A stretch of DNA of 64,000 nucleotides from assembly GCA_963797555.1 (NCBI GenBank), contig CAWCPV010000003.1, positions 544,001-608,000 of the forward strand, in the 5' to 3' direction. Within the stretch, counting starts at the first letter, position 1, and each line of letters opens with the position of its first letter. The notes under the pieces are model-generated. The model was not told where the DNA came from, made no database searches, and was given only the letters and a program-made list of their open reading frames with translations. Shown piece by piece: positions 10,640 to 20,679 of the stretch. This DNA comes from an uncultured Gammaproteobacteria bacterium. Lineage in GTDB: Bacteria > Pseudomonadota > Gammaproteobacteria > CAWCPV01. A program made the position numbers and the translations under genes.

Positions 10640-11668
10640 TCATCGCGTCTTGAGCTCCCGCAGTCGCGTACATTCGACCATGCGGTCGAGGCTGCGCGGT
10701 GTAAACACCTTCCCCCGAGTCGCGAGCAAGAGCTTTCTCATGTCCTCCCGCCGCACACCAAAGCCTCGACCGGCAATGCAGGCTATGACCTCGTAGCGAG
10801 GGCGGTCCGGCGGCTGGCCAGCCAGGCTCAATGCGCTGAGGTGTTGCACGCGCGTGACCTTGTCGCGAGCTGTTCCATCGTCCTCCGTCAGCTTTGCTTC
10901 GATGAGAGCTTGCGGGTTGAACTCGCTCGGCACGATGAAATCTGGAGCTTGGTCGAATCCAGGCAGGCGCTCTGCCCGCTTGGTTTTTCGGTAGCTCACT
11001 CCCTCGCGGGTGAGGACCTCTTCCACTGCGGATTCGAGGCTGTCTCCGACGATCTCGCTCACGGAATCGCGGTGCCCGGCAAACGGGCGGCCGAGGAACC
11101 GTTCATAAAGCAGCATTGCGTATGGCGCTCCCATGTCGGCCATCCGCCTCAGCGCTGCGGTGCCCGACCGGGTATCGGCTTTATCTAGCCGATGAATTCT
11201 GTCGGGCGCGACAGAGGGTGCCCCCTCCTCCAGCAGCTCGCCAGCAGCTCGTACCAGTGCGAGTATCCTCTCTCCGTTCACGCCCTTATCGGAAAGCGGC
11301 TTCGCGGGCGCCAGCCGTATACCTCGGTCCACGTTCCTGGCGAATGTCTGGGAGACCGTCATCCCGGTTCTCCGTGACGCGAGGTAAGCCCATTCGGATG
11401 GCGTGAATCCCAGGATCGAGCGCAGCACAATGAACGCGATCGGGACCTCAAATACGGCCTGCGCGAGTTTGGCTGCGGACAGGTCCGCGAAGTCGCCGGT
11501 CACGCGCTTGAGCGCTTCATATCCTTGCTCGAAGACAGAGTACTCTACGAATCCCATGCCTCGCGGGAGTACGAGGAATTCCGATTCGAGGCTGGAGAAG
11601 ACGGAGTCGACGAGTCCGTCCAGATCCTCCCTGACTTGCTCGAAGGAAACCTCAAAAGCGAATTTCAT
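10640..11668 (-). CDS. Putative PD-(D/E)xK restriction endonuclease
   Basis: APDFIVP...LIEAKL..DDGTARDK; overlaps the end of the upstream MTase. Confidence 0.7.
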   Translation of the reverse strand: MKFAFEVSFEQVREDLDGLVDSVFSSLESEFLVLPRGMGFVEYSVFEQGYEALKRVTGDFADLSAAKLAQAVFEVPIAFIVLRSILGFTPSEWAYLASRRTGMTVSQTFARNVDRGIRLAPAKPLSDKGVNGERILALVRAAGELLEEGAPSVAPDRIHRLDKADTRSGTAALRRMADMGAPYAMLLYERFLGRPFAGHRDSVSEIVGDSLESAVEEVLTREGVSYRKTKRAERLPGFDQAPDFIVPSEFNPQALIEAKLTEDDGTARDKVTRVQHLSALSLAGQPPDRPRYEVIACIAGRGFGVRREDMRKLLLATRGKVFTPRSLDRMVECTRLRELKTR

Positions 11669-13856
11669 CGCTTTGCCGGTAAGCCACAGCGTCCTCACGG
11701 ATCGCGCGCGCCCGCACGCCATGGGTCCCCGGCAGATCCTCCTCCAGGCGGCCTTCGACCGCGGAGGCGGGTCCGACAAGTTGCACCTGTGCATCGATCG
11801 CGGCCAGCCGCTCGGCAATCGGCCGGCTGCTATCCCATCCGTTTCTCAGCCGCCAAATACACAGGCGGACAAGGTGCCCGTACAGGATGCAGCGGAGATC
11901 GCCACGCGTGGGCCTGACACCACCCTCGCGCAGCGCGGCGAGGTCCGCGCGCACCAACTCGGCAACTCTTTCCGGCTCGTCCGCTATCCACCTGCGCGGG
12001 ACAGAGCCCGTTGTCCGACAGACGAATACCGTGTCCACCACAGATGAGCCAGTACCGTTGATGTGAATCGAAGCCCCCATCTCCGCCGGACAGGGCAGCG
12101 ACGCGGAGCAAGTCAGCCCCGCGTCCAGAATTGCGACGGCTATGGGAGAATAGGCTTCCAGCTTGTTGTGGTGATAGGTAAACACCAGCGGCGCGCCGGG
12201 CTTCAGCGCATGCACCATGCGCGCGAAGACCGCCGAGAGGCCTTCCGTGAAGTGTTCGAGCCCTCGTTCCCGAGTGATATTTTCGGTCAGCTCATCTTGG
12301 TGGCGCGTGCTGGGAGAACGAAACGCGGGCTCGCTCGCCCCCAGCAGCCGTCTGAGCCATACATAACAGAAATCCATCAGCTCCGCATATTGGACATTGC
12401 CGAAGTATGGCGGGTCGGTAAATACGGCGTCCAGGCTCCCGGCAGGAAGCTCTGCGACCGTGGCACTGCCGCATCGCAGGTCAACCCCTCGGCGCTCCGG
12501 TCCATCAGCTCCGGCCCGCACGTCGCCGATCCATTCGCCGGAGATCGGGATCTGGAGCTTTCGTCCACCCCGGTAGCGCACCTCGAACGGTCGCTCGCAA
12601 TACGCCTTCGCCTTGAAGTACTTATCGACGATGTTCGACCAGCCTCCGCTGCCGACGTTGGAGCCCCCGTCCTTCGGGATCCCGAGCAGGTTCGATTCGC
12701 ACTGGACCAGGCCGACCGGGAAGCCGTGCACGGAAAAGATGTCCAGCGACTTCAACGCGACGGTGTCGTAGCGGCAGAGCATGTTCTGGTAACGCAGCAG
12801 ATCCGACAGATTGGTGGCCAAGGCATTGCGCACCCGGACGTCAGACTCCGCTGCGATATGTCGAGCGCTCAGCTCCAGACCCAAGATCTGGCGTTCGTTG
12901 AACATTTCCCTGTACAAGCGGTACCCCCAGCGGTGCAGGCGGTCCGTCTCGTCACCGCAGGGAATCTCATCGTCCGGCACAAACTCCGCAACCAGGGTCC
13001 TGCATTGGGCCGATGCTGCAGCGTAACTGGCCAGGTCTTCCTGGTCCGGCGCCTTGAAGAAACGGCCCTTGTGCGCGGCCCTGCATGACGGACAGTGGTA
13101 TTCGATAGCGAACATCCGGTGGCGCGGGGGAGCAGGCTTCGCCCCCGGATAAAGGTTTTCTTCTCCACAATGCGGGCACAGACAACGGCCCCGCCGCGCC
13201 GGGCCTTCGAGCGTCAACGGCGCCGAGCACGCGGCACAGCGGCCCGGTCTGTGGCGGTCAACAGCCTCGGTGAGCGCACCGCACCGGCCACAAACCAACA
13301 CATTGCGCGGGTGGCGCTGGTCCGCCGCCAACAAGTAACCTGGGAAGAGGTCGATCTCCCGGCCGCAAGCTCGGCAACCCACCCACTTGACCCACAAGAA
13401 GTACTTGACGCTCGCCTCCCGAGACCCGCATTCCACGCATCCGGTCCGATACAGGTGCCCCACGTCCTGTGCAAGCCGGCGACTCAACCGCACCGCCGCT
13501 TCGCGATATGCCGCCAGATCGAGGTGCTCGATCTCCTGTCTCACCACCCAGTAGGCCATCGGGTTGATGTCCCAGCCCAGCACGTCGCATCCCAGCCGGT
13601 TGGCCTCCAAGAGCGGCGTCCCGCCGCCCATGAACGGATCTGCGATGCATAGCCCGCCGAGGTCGTTGCTACGAAAGAACGCCTCCGCGACCGGCCGGTC
13701 CCCGAACTCCGCCAGGAGCAGCCCCCGGAACAGCGTCCCCGGACGCCGCGCGAACCACTTGTGGACGGCGATGACCGGGCGGTAGTTCTGCTGAATCTGC
13801 TTCTCGCGCAGCGCCAGGTCAGCGACGAAAGGAATATCCAGATCGCGTTCGATCAC
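11652..13856 (-). CDS. Adenine DNA methyltransferase with Zn ribbons (DUF1156/COG1743-like)
   Basis: HKWFARRP, DPFMGGG, several CxxC pairs, TDPPY. Confidence 0.85.
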   Translation of the reverse strand: MIERDLDIPFVADLALREKQIQQNYRPVIAVHKWFARRPGTLFRGLLLAEFGDRPVAEAFFRSNDLGGLCIADPFMGGGTPLLEANRLGCDVLGWDINPMAYWVVRQEIEHLDLAAYREAAVRLSRRLAQDVGHLYRTGCVECGSREASVKYFLWVKWVGCRACGREIDLFPGYLLAADQRHPRNVLVCGRCGALTEAVDRHRPGRCAACSAPLTLEGPARRGRCLCPHCGEENLYPGAKPAPPRHRMFAIEYHCPSCRAAHKGRFFKAPDQEDLASYAAASAQCRTLVAEFVPDDEIPCGDETDRLHRWGYRLYREMFNERQILGLELSARHIAAESDVRVRNALATNLSDLLRYQNMLCRYDTVALKSLDIFSVHGFPVGLVQCESNLLGIPKDGGSNVGSGGWSNIVDKYFKAKAYCERPFEVRYRGGRKLQIPISGEWIGDVRAGADGPERRGVDLRCGSATVAELPAGSLDAVFTDPPYFGNVQYAELMDFCYVWLRRLLGASEPAFRSPSTRHQDELTENITRERGLEHFTEGLSAVFARMVHALKPGAPLVFTYHHNKLEAYSPIAVAILDAGLTCSASLPCPAEMGASIHINGTGSSVVDTVFVCRTTGSVPRRWIADEPERVAELVRADLAALREGGVRPTRGDLRCILYGHLVRLCIWRLRNGWDSSRPIAERLAAIDAQVQLVGPASAVEGRLEEDLPGTHGVRARAIREDAVAYRQSDEIRF

Positions 13857-13986
13857 GCTGGCGTCCCGCTCGCTAAAGGTCTAGCCGTCAACTCTCTCTC
13901 CATCGTCGGAACTCGCGCGCCCCGTTCCACGCCTCGGTCCTTGAATGACCACGCGCGGACATACGCAGCCACGCCCGCGTGGCCCG

Positions 13987-14018
13987 CGTAGCCTGGATGG
14001 AGCACAGCGGAATCCGGG
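13987..14018 (+). repeat. GTAG-family REP element
   Basis: CGTAGCCTGGATGGAGCACAGCGGAATCCGGG: GTAG followed by an imperfect palindrome. Confidence 0.7.
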
Positions 14019-14019
14019 T

Positions 14020-14069
14020 TTATTCATTCTCCAAAGCCACATCAGCACCGCGGAGGCGTCGATCACCAT
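14020..14069 (-). pseudogene. PIN/VapC N-terminal remnant
   Basis: MVIDASAVLMWL, ending at the REP. Confidence 0.4.
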
Positions 14070-14136
14070 ACGCCGCGAACCCACATCAGCGCGGCATTTG
14101 CACCAATATCATCGCCCTCAGCCAAGGGAGATACGT

Positions 14137-15138
14137 TCAATGCACTGTCTCGCGCGGCAGCAACACGTTGGCTGGCTCGATTCCCCCGGATTGGTAGAAC
14201 AGCGCAAAGTATTCCTGCGCCGCAGCGGCGGAGAACGAGAAGATACGATCCGCGACGGCGTCCCGCGTGGTGGCGGCACCATCGTCCGGGGGGGAGGCCC
14301 GAGCCAACTCCTCCAGCAGCACGCTGCGGCCGATGCGATGGGCGACACCGGTCATGGCCCACACCGCCTGTTCCCTGCTGGCCCTGTCCCCTTCCACGGC
14401 AAGCTGCAACAGGGGGATGACCGCGCGTCGGTCACCGGCGCGGCAGACGAAGCCGAAGAGTTCGTAGAAGCGGCGCCCCTGCTCGAGGAGCTCCCATAGA
14501 GCATCGGCCGCCCGTTCATCGTGCAGATCGATCAAGCCCCACAGCGCACCGATCAAGAGGTTCTCCCGGCGGTTGTCCTTGACCGTCTGATACAAGCCCC
14601 AGATCCGATCGGCCGCTTGCCGCGCCTGAAGCAGCCCGAGCGCGACAGCGGCGAGGCTGCGCCCATAGTTACTCAAGGTGTCCCAGATCTCCAGCAAGGG
14701 CGCGATGCCCGCCTCCCCGCACCAGCGCAACCCCTCGACGCACTTCTCTTCGATGACAGTGCGGTCCTTGTGGAGCGGTGCCAAATTTAGGCGCCTGAAA
14801 CCCTCCGCGATCGCCGGCGCCGCGCCGGGACCGAACTCGCCCATGCGTCTCAGCCACGCCTCCTCACCCATGCCGGTGGCCGAGGTCGCCCGCTCCAGCA
14901 ATTCCTCAACGCTCCGGGCGCTCTCGATCCGCTCCAGCCTTTTCTGGTCGCGCTTCCAGAGAGTGGGATCGAGCCTGGCCGCACGCGCGGCCACCATGCT
15001 GCGGGTCTCAGGATCGAGCAGCATCGTACGCAAGAGCGTCTGAGCACTCGGTGCCGCACCCCAGGGCATCGCCCCGCCGCCCGGCGGCCGGGTGGGCTTC
15101 GATGAGGTCTTTCGCTTGCGACGACTGGGCTTGGACAT
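14137..15138 (-). CDS. Hypothetical helical (HEAT-repeat-like) protein
   Basis: 333-aa ORF with repeated AVALGLL / ALWGL / AVIPLL helices. Confidence 0.6.
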   Translation of the reverse strand: MSKPSRRKRKTSSKPTRPPGGGAMPWGAAPSAQTLLRTMLLDPETRSMVAARAARLDPTLWKRDQKRLERIESARSVEELLERATSATGMGEEAWLRRMGEFGPGAAPAIAEGFRRLNLAPLHKDRTVIEEKCVEGLRWCGEAGIAPLLEIWDTLSNYGRSLAAVALGLLQARQAADRIWGLYQTVKDNRRENLLIGALWGLIDLHDERAADALWELLEQGRRFYELFGFVCRAGDRRAVIPLLQLAVEGDRASREQAVWAMTGVAHRIGRSVLLEELARASPPDDGAATTRDAVADRIFSFSAAAAQEYFALFYQSGGIEPANVLLPRETVH

Positions 15139-15153
15139 GGGCTGTCAATCCTC

Positions 15154-15828
15154 TCAAAGGTCGCTGAAGCGTTGGAGCACGGCCCCGTTTGGGGAGAGCC
15201 GGGTCGAGTGCACGACCATGACTGACCATCGTACCTGCACTTGGAGACGCCTTGCCTCATGGCGCCGTATATTGCACGGCCACGACCACCCTTCCACCAC
15301 CGGCGGGCAGGGCCCGGGCATCGCAGTTCGATCCCGGCGATATCTCGGCGTTAAGGTGCGACATTGGCCATGGTGGAGACCACCTCCAGGAATCTCCGCC
15401 CGTCGGACTCTCTTATGTGCTAGTCCAGGACTAATCTGTACTTCCGGGTACGTCTGCACTTTTCTCCGGATAAGGTCACTGAACGCCTTCTGGATCGCGA
15501 CGGTGTCCCCGCAAGCCCGGGCGAAAGCCGACCTGTGCTCCTGGACGAGATCCTTGCGCCGGTCCTCCGGAACCAAGGACGCGTTCCAGGCCAGGACGGC
15601 GAAGGCGAGAGCGTTGCGATATTCAGCGTCGCCGTCGGCGCTATCCAGCAACGGCCTGGCAAACTCCAGGATCACCTGGGACATCTTCTGTGCGCCTGCC
15701 GGTATCATGCGCTGGTCGGCGTCACGAAATGCAGGGATCTGCTTGACCCGCTGCACCACCCCCGCATGTCTCCCCCGGCTGTGCGCCTGACGCTTTACTC
15801 TTGCCGGCGAGTCGTCTCTTCTTTTCAT
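15154..15828 (-). CDS. Hypothetical protein (3' end possibly frameshifted)
   Basis: KMSQVILEFARPLL...LAWNASL segment looks coding; the C-terminal part does not. Confidence 0.45.
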   Translation of the reverse strand: MKRRDDSPARVKRQAHSRGRHAGVVQRVKQIPAFRDADQRMIPAGAQKMSQVILEFARPLLDSADGDAEYRNALAFAVLAWNASLVPEDRRKDLVQEHRSAFARACGDTVAIQKAFSDLIRRKVQTYPEVQISPGLAHKRVRRAEIPGGGLHHGQCRTLTPRYRRDRTAMPGPCPPVVEGWSWPCNIRRHEARRLQVQVRWSVMVVHSTRLSPNGAVLQRFSDL

Positions 15829-16001
15829 CCTTCTTCGCTGTCACCTCAGCAGTCCTCCTTCGCTCCTGGCCATGCAATCCAGCGCATTAACATGGGAATG
15901 CGCCGCAGCCGCTCTTTGTCCCCACGGCGCCTGCTGAAGGGGCAACCGATCCCCGCGTCTCGTCGCGCCCCCCTCATGCTTCTCGCTCGCCCGTCATTCC
16001 T

Positions 16002-16985
16002 TCATAACTCGCCCCGCTCCATCAGCGTCGTCACTTTCGTCAGGCCGCCCTTGCGGAGGACCGCGAGGAATTCCCGAAGCGGCACCAGGTCGCTCGCTAG
16101 CGAGAAGTGCATGTCCAGTTCCGCGGCCCGGAATTGCTGCGCGAACCCCCTAATGCGCATGGCGTAGACACGATCGAAGAGCAGAGTCCGCAGCAGCTTG
16201 TCCGCCTTCCTCGCTGAGAGCATGTACCACTGCGCCTGGGCGATCGGCTCGTAGGTGCCCCTGAATGCGTGGCCCTGCGCCTTGACTATGCTCGCGACGA
16301 CGGCGTCTTCGAAGTCCCGTTTCCCGGTTGCCCGTTTCGATTGGTGAACCAGCGCCACGGCCTCGGCCAGATCGGAAGGAAGTCCCGCAGCAACGGCGTC
16401 GCCCGAGAGAGCGGGAACACCCACGATCGCAAAGAGGTACGGCAACCCTTCCTGCTCCTGTTTCTGCAAGGCGCTGAAGATCTTGTAGGTGGCGAGAGCG
16501 AAGCAGTCGTTCGGATCGAGCCCAACCAGTTCCGGCGCGCGGCGGAACCGGGCGCCGTGGAACTTGATGTTGATCCGGTAGATGGGCCGCCCCTGGCCGT
16601 TGTAGAGGCGATAGTCGGTGTCGCTCCTCGACTCGCGCAGGTCCCGCAGCTCCAGCTCATGGGTGTGCAATTCGGCGCGGAATATCTCCTCGAATGCAAG
16701 CTCGGCGCAGCGCCCGAGCAGAAGCTGGCCCAGAATGCGCCGAGCGCGGTCGATCTGCGGCGTTTCGATTGCCTCCGGGCCGACACCCAGCAGGAAGCGG
16801 ACCGGGGCCTGCGAACGGACCACATCAGCCAGCCTGCGCTCCGACGTGCGCACGTGCTTCGCAACCGATGACAACGCTTCTCCCGACCGCACGCGGCGAA
16901 GCGCTTGCAGCAGATGCAGCGGCCGGGGCCACGGACTCTCGGGCCAACATGTCTCCAGGACCCGGACGAAGTCCTCCTCCGTCAC
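16002..16985 (-). CDS. Putative restriction endonuclease with N-terminal HTH
   Basis: GTG start overlaps the MTase stop; E...TDYRLY...RINIK is PD-(D/E)xK-like; [14 protein letters not shown] is HTH-like. Confidence 0.6.
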   Translation of the reverse strand: MTEEDFVRVLETCWPESPWPRPLHLLQALRRVRSGEALSSVAKHVRTSERRLADVVRSQAPVRFLLGVGPEAIETPQIDRARRILGQLLLGRCAELAFEEIFRAELHTHELELRDLRESRSDTDYRLYNGQGRPIYRINIKFHGARFRRAPELVGLDPNDCFALATYKIFSALQKQEQEGLPYLFAIVGVPALSGDAVAAGLPSDLAEAVALVHQSKRATGKRDFEDAVVASIVKAQGHAFRGTYEPIAQAQWYMLSARKADKLLRTLLFDRVYAMRIRGFAQQFRAAELDMHFSLASDLVPLREFLAVLRKGGLTKVTTLMERGEL

Positions 16986-17947
16986 GGGCTCTCGCCGTAA
17001 AGATCGAGGCCGAAGCGCAGGGCCGAAGTCTTCAGATAGTCCAGGTTGTTCTCCGACGCGATCCACAGGCGGCCCAGATCTTCCGCAATGCGCCCCGTGG
17101 TGTTGCTGCCGGCAAAGGGGTCGAGGACGATCTCGTCTTCCTGGGTGAGCAGCCGGATGAAGAACTCCGGAAGGGCGGCGGGAAACCGGGCGGGATGCAC
17201 CTTGAGTCCCCGCTCCTTGCACGTCCGCATGTAGTCCGAGTTGCTTTCGTTGTTCCCGCGGGCGATCAGGTTGGCGGGAATCGCGCCCCCGTGGTCGCGC
17301 CGGAATTTGGCCGTGATGTTGTGGCCGCTCGGCCGCTTCTTCGCGTGGTAGCCCTTGTCGAGGATGCGCTCCATGTCGGGACTGTAAGGCACCAGGACCG
17401 CCCGGTTGTCGGCGGCGGGCCAGGGCGACGGCGCAAGCCACCACACGTATTCCACCGAATCCTTGATACGCATCCGGCGCACGTTCACCCACTCCGCCGG
17501 GGAAGGAAGCTCGGCCGGGTTGTACCAGAAACACTCCTGAGCCAAGTGGAATCCGACGCGCTCGCAGAGGGCGATCAGGAGCTTGAAGTGATAGAGCGAC
17601 CGCGTCGGGACACCGGGGTTGTAGCTCCCGCTAATGTTCAGGATGAAGCTCCCGTCGGGCATGAGGACCCGTTTGATCTCCTCCGCGAACGGCAGGAACC
17701 ACTCCACGTAGTCCTGCTTGTCGACGTTCCCGTACTCCTTCTTGAAGTGGAGCGCGTACGGCGGCGAGGTAATGACCGCCTTGACCGTCTCGGCCGGCAT
17801 CTCCCGGAGCAGTTCCAGGGAGTCGCACGCGTACGCTGCGCCGCGCGCGGTGCGGTACAGCGGCTCCCGCGCCGCCAGCAGCCGCGCCGGGTGTCGCTCG
17901 CGCGGAGGGTCCAGCAGCGACGCCTGGGCAGGGGACGGCGGGTTCAT
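16982..17947 (-). CDS. Beta-class N4-cytosine DNA methyltransferase
   Basis: TSPPY precedes HPARFP and [11 protein letters not shown]. Confidence 0.9.
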   Translation of the reverse strand: MNPPSPAQASLLDPPRERHPARLLAAREPLYRTARGAAYACDSLELLREMPAETVKAVITSPPYALHFKKEYGNVDKQDYVEWFLPFAEEIKRVLMPDGSFILNISGSYNPGVPTRSLYHFKLLIALCERVGFHLAQECFWYNPAELPSPAEWVNVRRMRIKDSVEYVWWLAPSPWPAADNRAVLVPYSPDMERILDKGYHAKKRPSGHNITAKFRRDHGGAIPANLIARGNNESNSDYMRTCKERGLKVHPARFPAALPEFFIRLLTQEDEIVLDPFAGSNTTGRIAEDLGRLWIASENNLDYLKTSALRFGLDLYGESP

Positions 17948-18258
17948 CGGCTCATGCCTCCCTCTTTCTCGCGTTCATTTGCCTTTTGCAGCATCCCACC
18001 CTCGCCGCGGAGCGCACTTGCTGTTGGCACGCGCCAGAGTGTCGGGCTTCCCTCCGGGGTTCCGCCTCTGTTCCTCTACCGCGCGTCGGATATCAAAATA
18101 CCAAAGCACGGCCACGGCCCCGGTCCGGGACCGAGAAGCACGGCCCCGGTCCCGTTTGCGACGAGCACAAGCTGTGGCGGTCACTCAGGCCAACCCTAGA
18201 GAAATACATGCCTCCCGAGCCCGGGTTTCGGCGGCAATTGAGCATGGTGTGTTGTCAT

Positions 18259-18290
18259 CCCGGATTCCGCTGGACTGCATCTGGGCTACG
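18259..18290 (-). repeat. GTAG-family REP element, inverted relative to 13987
   Basis: Minus strand reads CGTAGCCCAGATGCAGTCCAGCGGAATCCGGG. Confidence 0.7.
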
Positions 18291-18327
18291 TTTGTTACGC
18301 TTGCCAACCCTTGCCCGACGGGAGATC

Positions 18328-19158
18328 TCAGCCCGCAAGATGCGCCGAGCTTGTCCCGGCGCGATAACGTTCGCCTTCCCGGCTCGCCGCTTGCGCCGCA
18401 TCCTCTGGAAGGGATTGCTGGGCCACGCCTGCAACTGAACGAAAAAATCGCTCTGCTTCGTGCACGATGCGCTCTTGAACCGCGCTCGTTCGCCACGGCG
18501 GCGATGGGCTGTGCCGCATATGCCTGACAGAGTAACGGCGCGGGCGAAGAACGGGTTTCCTTCCATTGGAAAAGAGTTGCCAGAGCGCTTCGTAGAGCGA
18601 GCCGAGGAAGGCCAGCATCTTCTGTAACTCCCGGATATTCGTCTTTGCAAATAGCGCCTCAATGTCCGCCCGCAAAGAGACCTCCCTGTGCGCGAACAAC
18701 TTGTGGCGAAGGTCTCTGTAGTTCGCTTCGTAGACCTTGCGGTGTTTGCGCACATGGGCTCGCAGCCGACGGAAATCGGCCGGGGTTGGAACGTACATAT
18801 CGCGCAAACGCTCAGCCAACCAGGTAGGTGGGTTCGGGTTGCCACCCTGCTTTCGAGCACCGATGGTCGCCTTCGCGAAGATGGACGGGTTGTCCTGCGC
18901 GATGCGGAGAAGCCGATCGAGGTTGTGTGTGGAATTCTGATCGAAGACTCGTCCGAGGGCAATGAACGCGGCAGTCTGAAGCGCCGCAAGGTTCGTATTC
19001 CAGAACAGGGGAGCCGCTTTGAGTAGACGGCAAACAGGCTCATCATCCGCAGCAACCGCGTGCACCGTCAAGTACACGTAGAAGAACTGCGTCGCGGCCT
19101 CCACCTCAGTGCGGAAAATCTCCAGCTCTCGCTCAAATCTCGCTTCAGGTGAGGTCAT
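18328..19158 (-). CDS. HEPN-domain protein, AbiU2-like (gene cassette)
   Basis: IALGRVFD and RHKLFAH (RxxxxH); reads through the attC. Confidence 0.7.
   Translation of the reverse strand: MTSPEARFERELEIFRTEVEAATQFFYVYLTVHAVAADDEPVCRLLKAAPLFWNTNLAALQTAAFIALGRVFDQNSTHNLDRLLRIAQDNPSIFAKATIGARKQGGNPNPPTWLAERLRDMYVPTPADFRRLRAHVRKHRKVYEANYRDLRHKLFAHREVSLRADIEALFAKTNIRELQKMLAFLGSLYEALWQLFSNGRKPVLRPRRYSVRHMRHSPSPPWRTSAVQERIVHEAERFFRSVAGVAQQSLPEDAAQAASREGERYRAGTSSAHLAG
18362..18423 (-). other. Degenerate integron attC site
   Basis: Minus strand GCCCAGC...GCGGCGCAAGCGGC...CGTTATCG; inverse core matches the cassette start GTTGGGC except at one base. Confidence 0.6.
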
Positions 19159-19171
19159 GTCTATTGCTGTG

Positions 19172-19266
19172 CCCAACGCTGCGCGCAAGTGGCCGCCAAG
19201 GCGCGAAGCGCCGAGGAAACCCAACAGCGTAGCTGTTGGGCGGTCCGCTTGGCGCGCGTGTTAGAC
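19172..19266 (-). other. Integron attC site
   Basis: Minus strand GTCTAAC...GCGGACCGCCCAACAGCTACGCTGTTGGG...GTTGGGC: long imperfect palindrome with RYYYAAC/GTTRRRY ends, just after a stop codon. Confidence 0.85.
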
Positions 19267-19282
19267 ATTAGGCCTATTAACA

Positions 19283-19573
19283 CTAGACCTGACAATCAAT
19301 GAAGGCCATTGCCTTATCCCCTCTCCGATACTCAGCTCTCGGTGAGAAGTGATCCTCCGTCAGATTGAGAGCGAAAATCTCCGCAGTCTTCAACAGTTTC
19401 CACCCGATCCGCTCACCACTCTCGCTGCCACCTCCCAGTTGGTAGCAGCGAAGAAGGCCGTCCCCATCTGAACCTCGGCCATAAGCGTAGGGCTCCACAA
19501 CACGGGAGTAGCCGTGATACCGGAGATCGAGAATACGTCTGTCGCGTATAGCGACACAAATGCTAGAGTTCAT
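19283..19573 (-). CDS. Stand-alone WYL-like domain protein
   Basis: AIRDRRILDLRYHGYSRVVEPYAYG...GWKLL. Confidence 0.7.
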   Translation of the reverse strand: MNSSICVAIRDRRILDLRYHGYSRVVEPYAYGRGSDGDGLLRCYQLGGGSESGERIGWKLLKTAEIFALNLTEDHFSPRAEYRRGDKAMAFIDCQV

Positions 19574-19577
19574 CGCA

Positions 19578-20036
19578 CTAAGTCGCCGATCCCTTTGGAG
19601 GGGGCGGGACATAGCCAGCCAATCTACCGTAATACTTTTGGCCGCAGGACGTGCAAACGCGAAGGCCACGGTCTTTTACGTCATCCACCAACTGTCGCGC
19701 CTTACGCTCATTCTCCCAACATCGCAGGCAGTAGGGCAGGCCCGAGGGAATACCATTCTCGTCAGCCAGGTAATACGCATCGTGTCGGCGTACGAGGGAT
19801 GCCTTGAGCTGAAAGGACTCCTCAAGTTCTGTGATGCGCTTGTCCTTCTCAATCAGCGCTTCCTGAACCTCTGCGATCTCCATCTTGGCGTCTGCGAGCG
19901 CAGATACCAGCTCAGCTAGCTTGAGTTTGAGTTCCGCTTTCTCAAGCGACAGGTCGCTGTCTCGAAGAAACCTAACAATATCTGTAGCAGTCTTCAGGCT
20001 GCTCAACGCCGCGGCAATGGTTGAAAGATCGGGCAT
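19578..20036 (-). CDS. Hypothetical coiled-coil protein with C-terminal Zn ribbon
   Basis: Helical N-terminus; YCLRC...CTSC. Confidence 0.7.
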   Translation of the reverse strand: MPDLSTIAAALSSLKTATDIVRFLRDSDLSLEKAELKLKLAELVSALADAKMEIAEVQEALIEKDKRITELEESFQLKASLVRRHDAYYLADENGIPSGLPYCLRCWENERKARQLVDDVKDRGLRVCTSCGQKYYGRLAGYVPPPPKGSAT

Positions 20037-20110
20037 ACCACTCCCCCAATGTCTGGCTCTAGCCGCCCAAGTCCAGCGCGCGGCGCACCATGTTCTCCAA
20101 GACGGAGCCG

Positions 20111-20184
20111 GTCCTGGTGTCACGCAGAACCATCGAGATCGGTCCCTCGGACGGCCAACATTTCCTTCCCGGGCGAGCGGTCCC
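20111..20184 (-). repeat. Diverged duplicate of the 3' end of the Dam-like MTase gene (21111-21184)
   Basis: Encodes DRSPGKEMLAVRGTDLDGSA* versus DRSPAKEMLAVRGTDPGGSE*. Confidence 0.85.
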
Positions 20185-20253
20185 GGTGAGTCCCAGGGTC
20201 AAGTCTTACACCAATGCATTGCACCAAGCCCACGCCGCCGACCAGCCGATTGC

Positions 20254-20679
20254 TCAATCTTCACCCCAGGGGTCGTACAGATGTACAGGAAAGTGCGCGA
20301 AATCACGGACGTTTCGTGTCACCAACGTGAGATTGTGGCGGATGGCGGTGGCCGCGATGAGGCTATCCACGACCGGTACCGGGGTTCCCTTTTGCTGGCC
20401 CTGTCCCTGCAACATGCCCCACTCCAGCGCGACATCCGTGTCTACATCGAGCACCCGGCCGGCGAACCGCGCCCGCAGATCGTTTTCCAGCCATGCCTGC
20501 AGCTTTCGTTTGCGTTCCCGATCAGCCAGCGCGGCAATGCCCTTCTGAATCTCTCCCAATGCAATCACCGACAGGTACAGGCGCGACTCCGATACCTCGC
20601 CCAGCCACCCGGCTACCCCGCGGTCGGCATTACGCTTCCTCGCCTCCGACAGTACGCACGTGTCGAGCAGGTAGTTCAT
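20254..20679 (-). CDS. vapC: VapC family PIN-domain toxin
   Basis: YLLDTCVLSE, DSLIAATA, LVTRNVRDF. Confidence 0.9.
   Translation of the reverse strand: MNYLLDTCVLSEARKRNADRGVAGWLGEVSESRLYLSVIALGEIQKGIAALADRERKRKLQAWLENDLRARFAGRVLDVDTDVALEWGMLQGQGQQKGTPVPVVDSLIAATAIRHNLTLVTRNVRDFAHFPVHLYDPWGED

Noticed and set aside
18105-18153. Short direct repeat cacggccccggtcc, two copies
   Set aside because: Only two GC-rich copies with no associated structure
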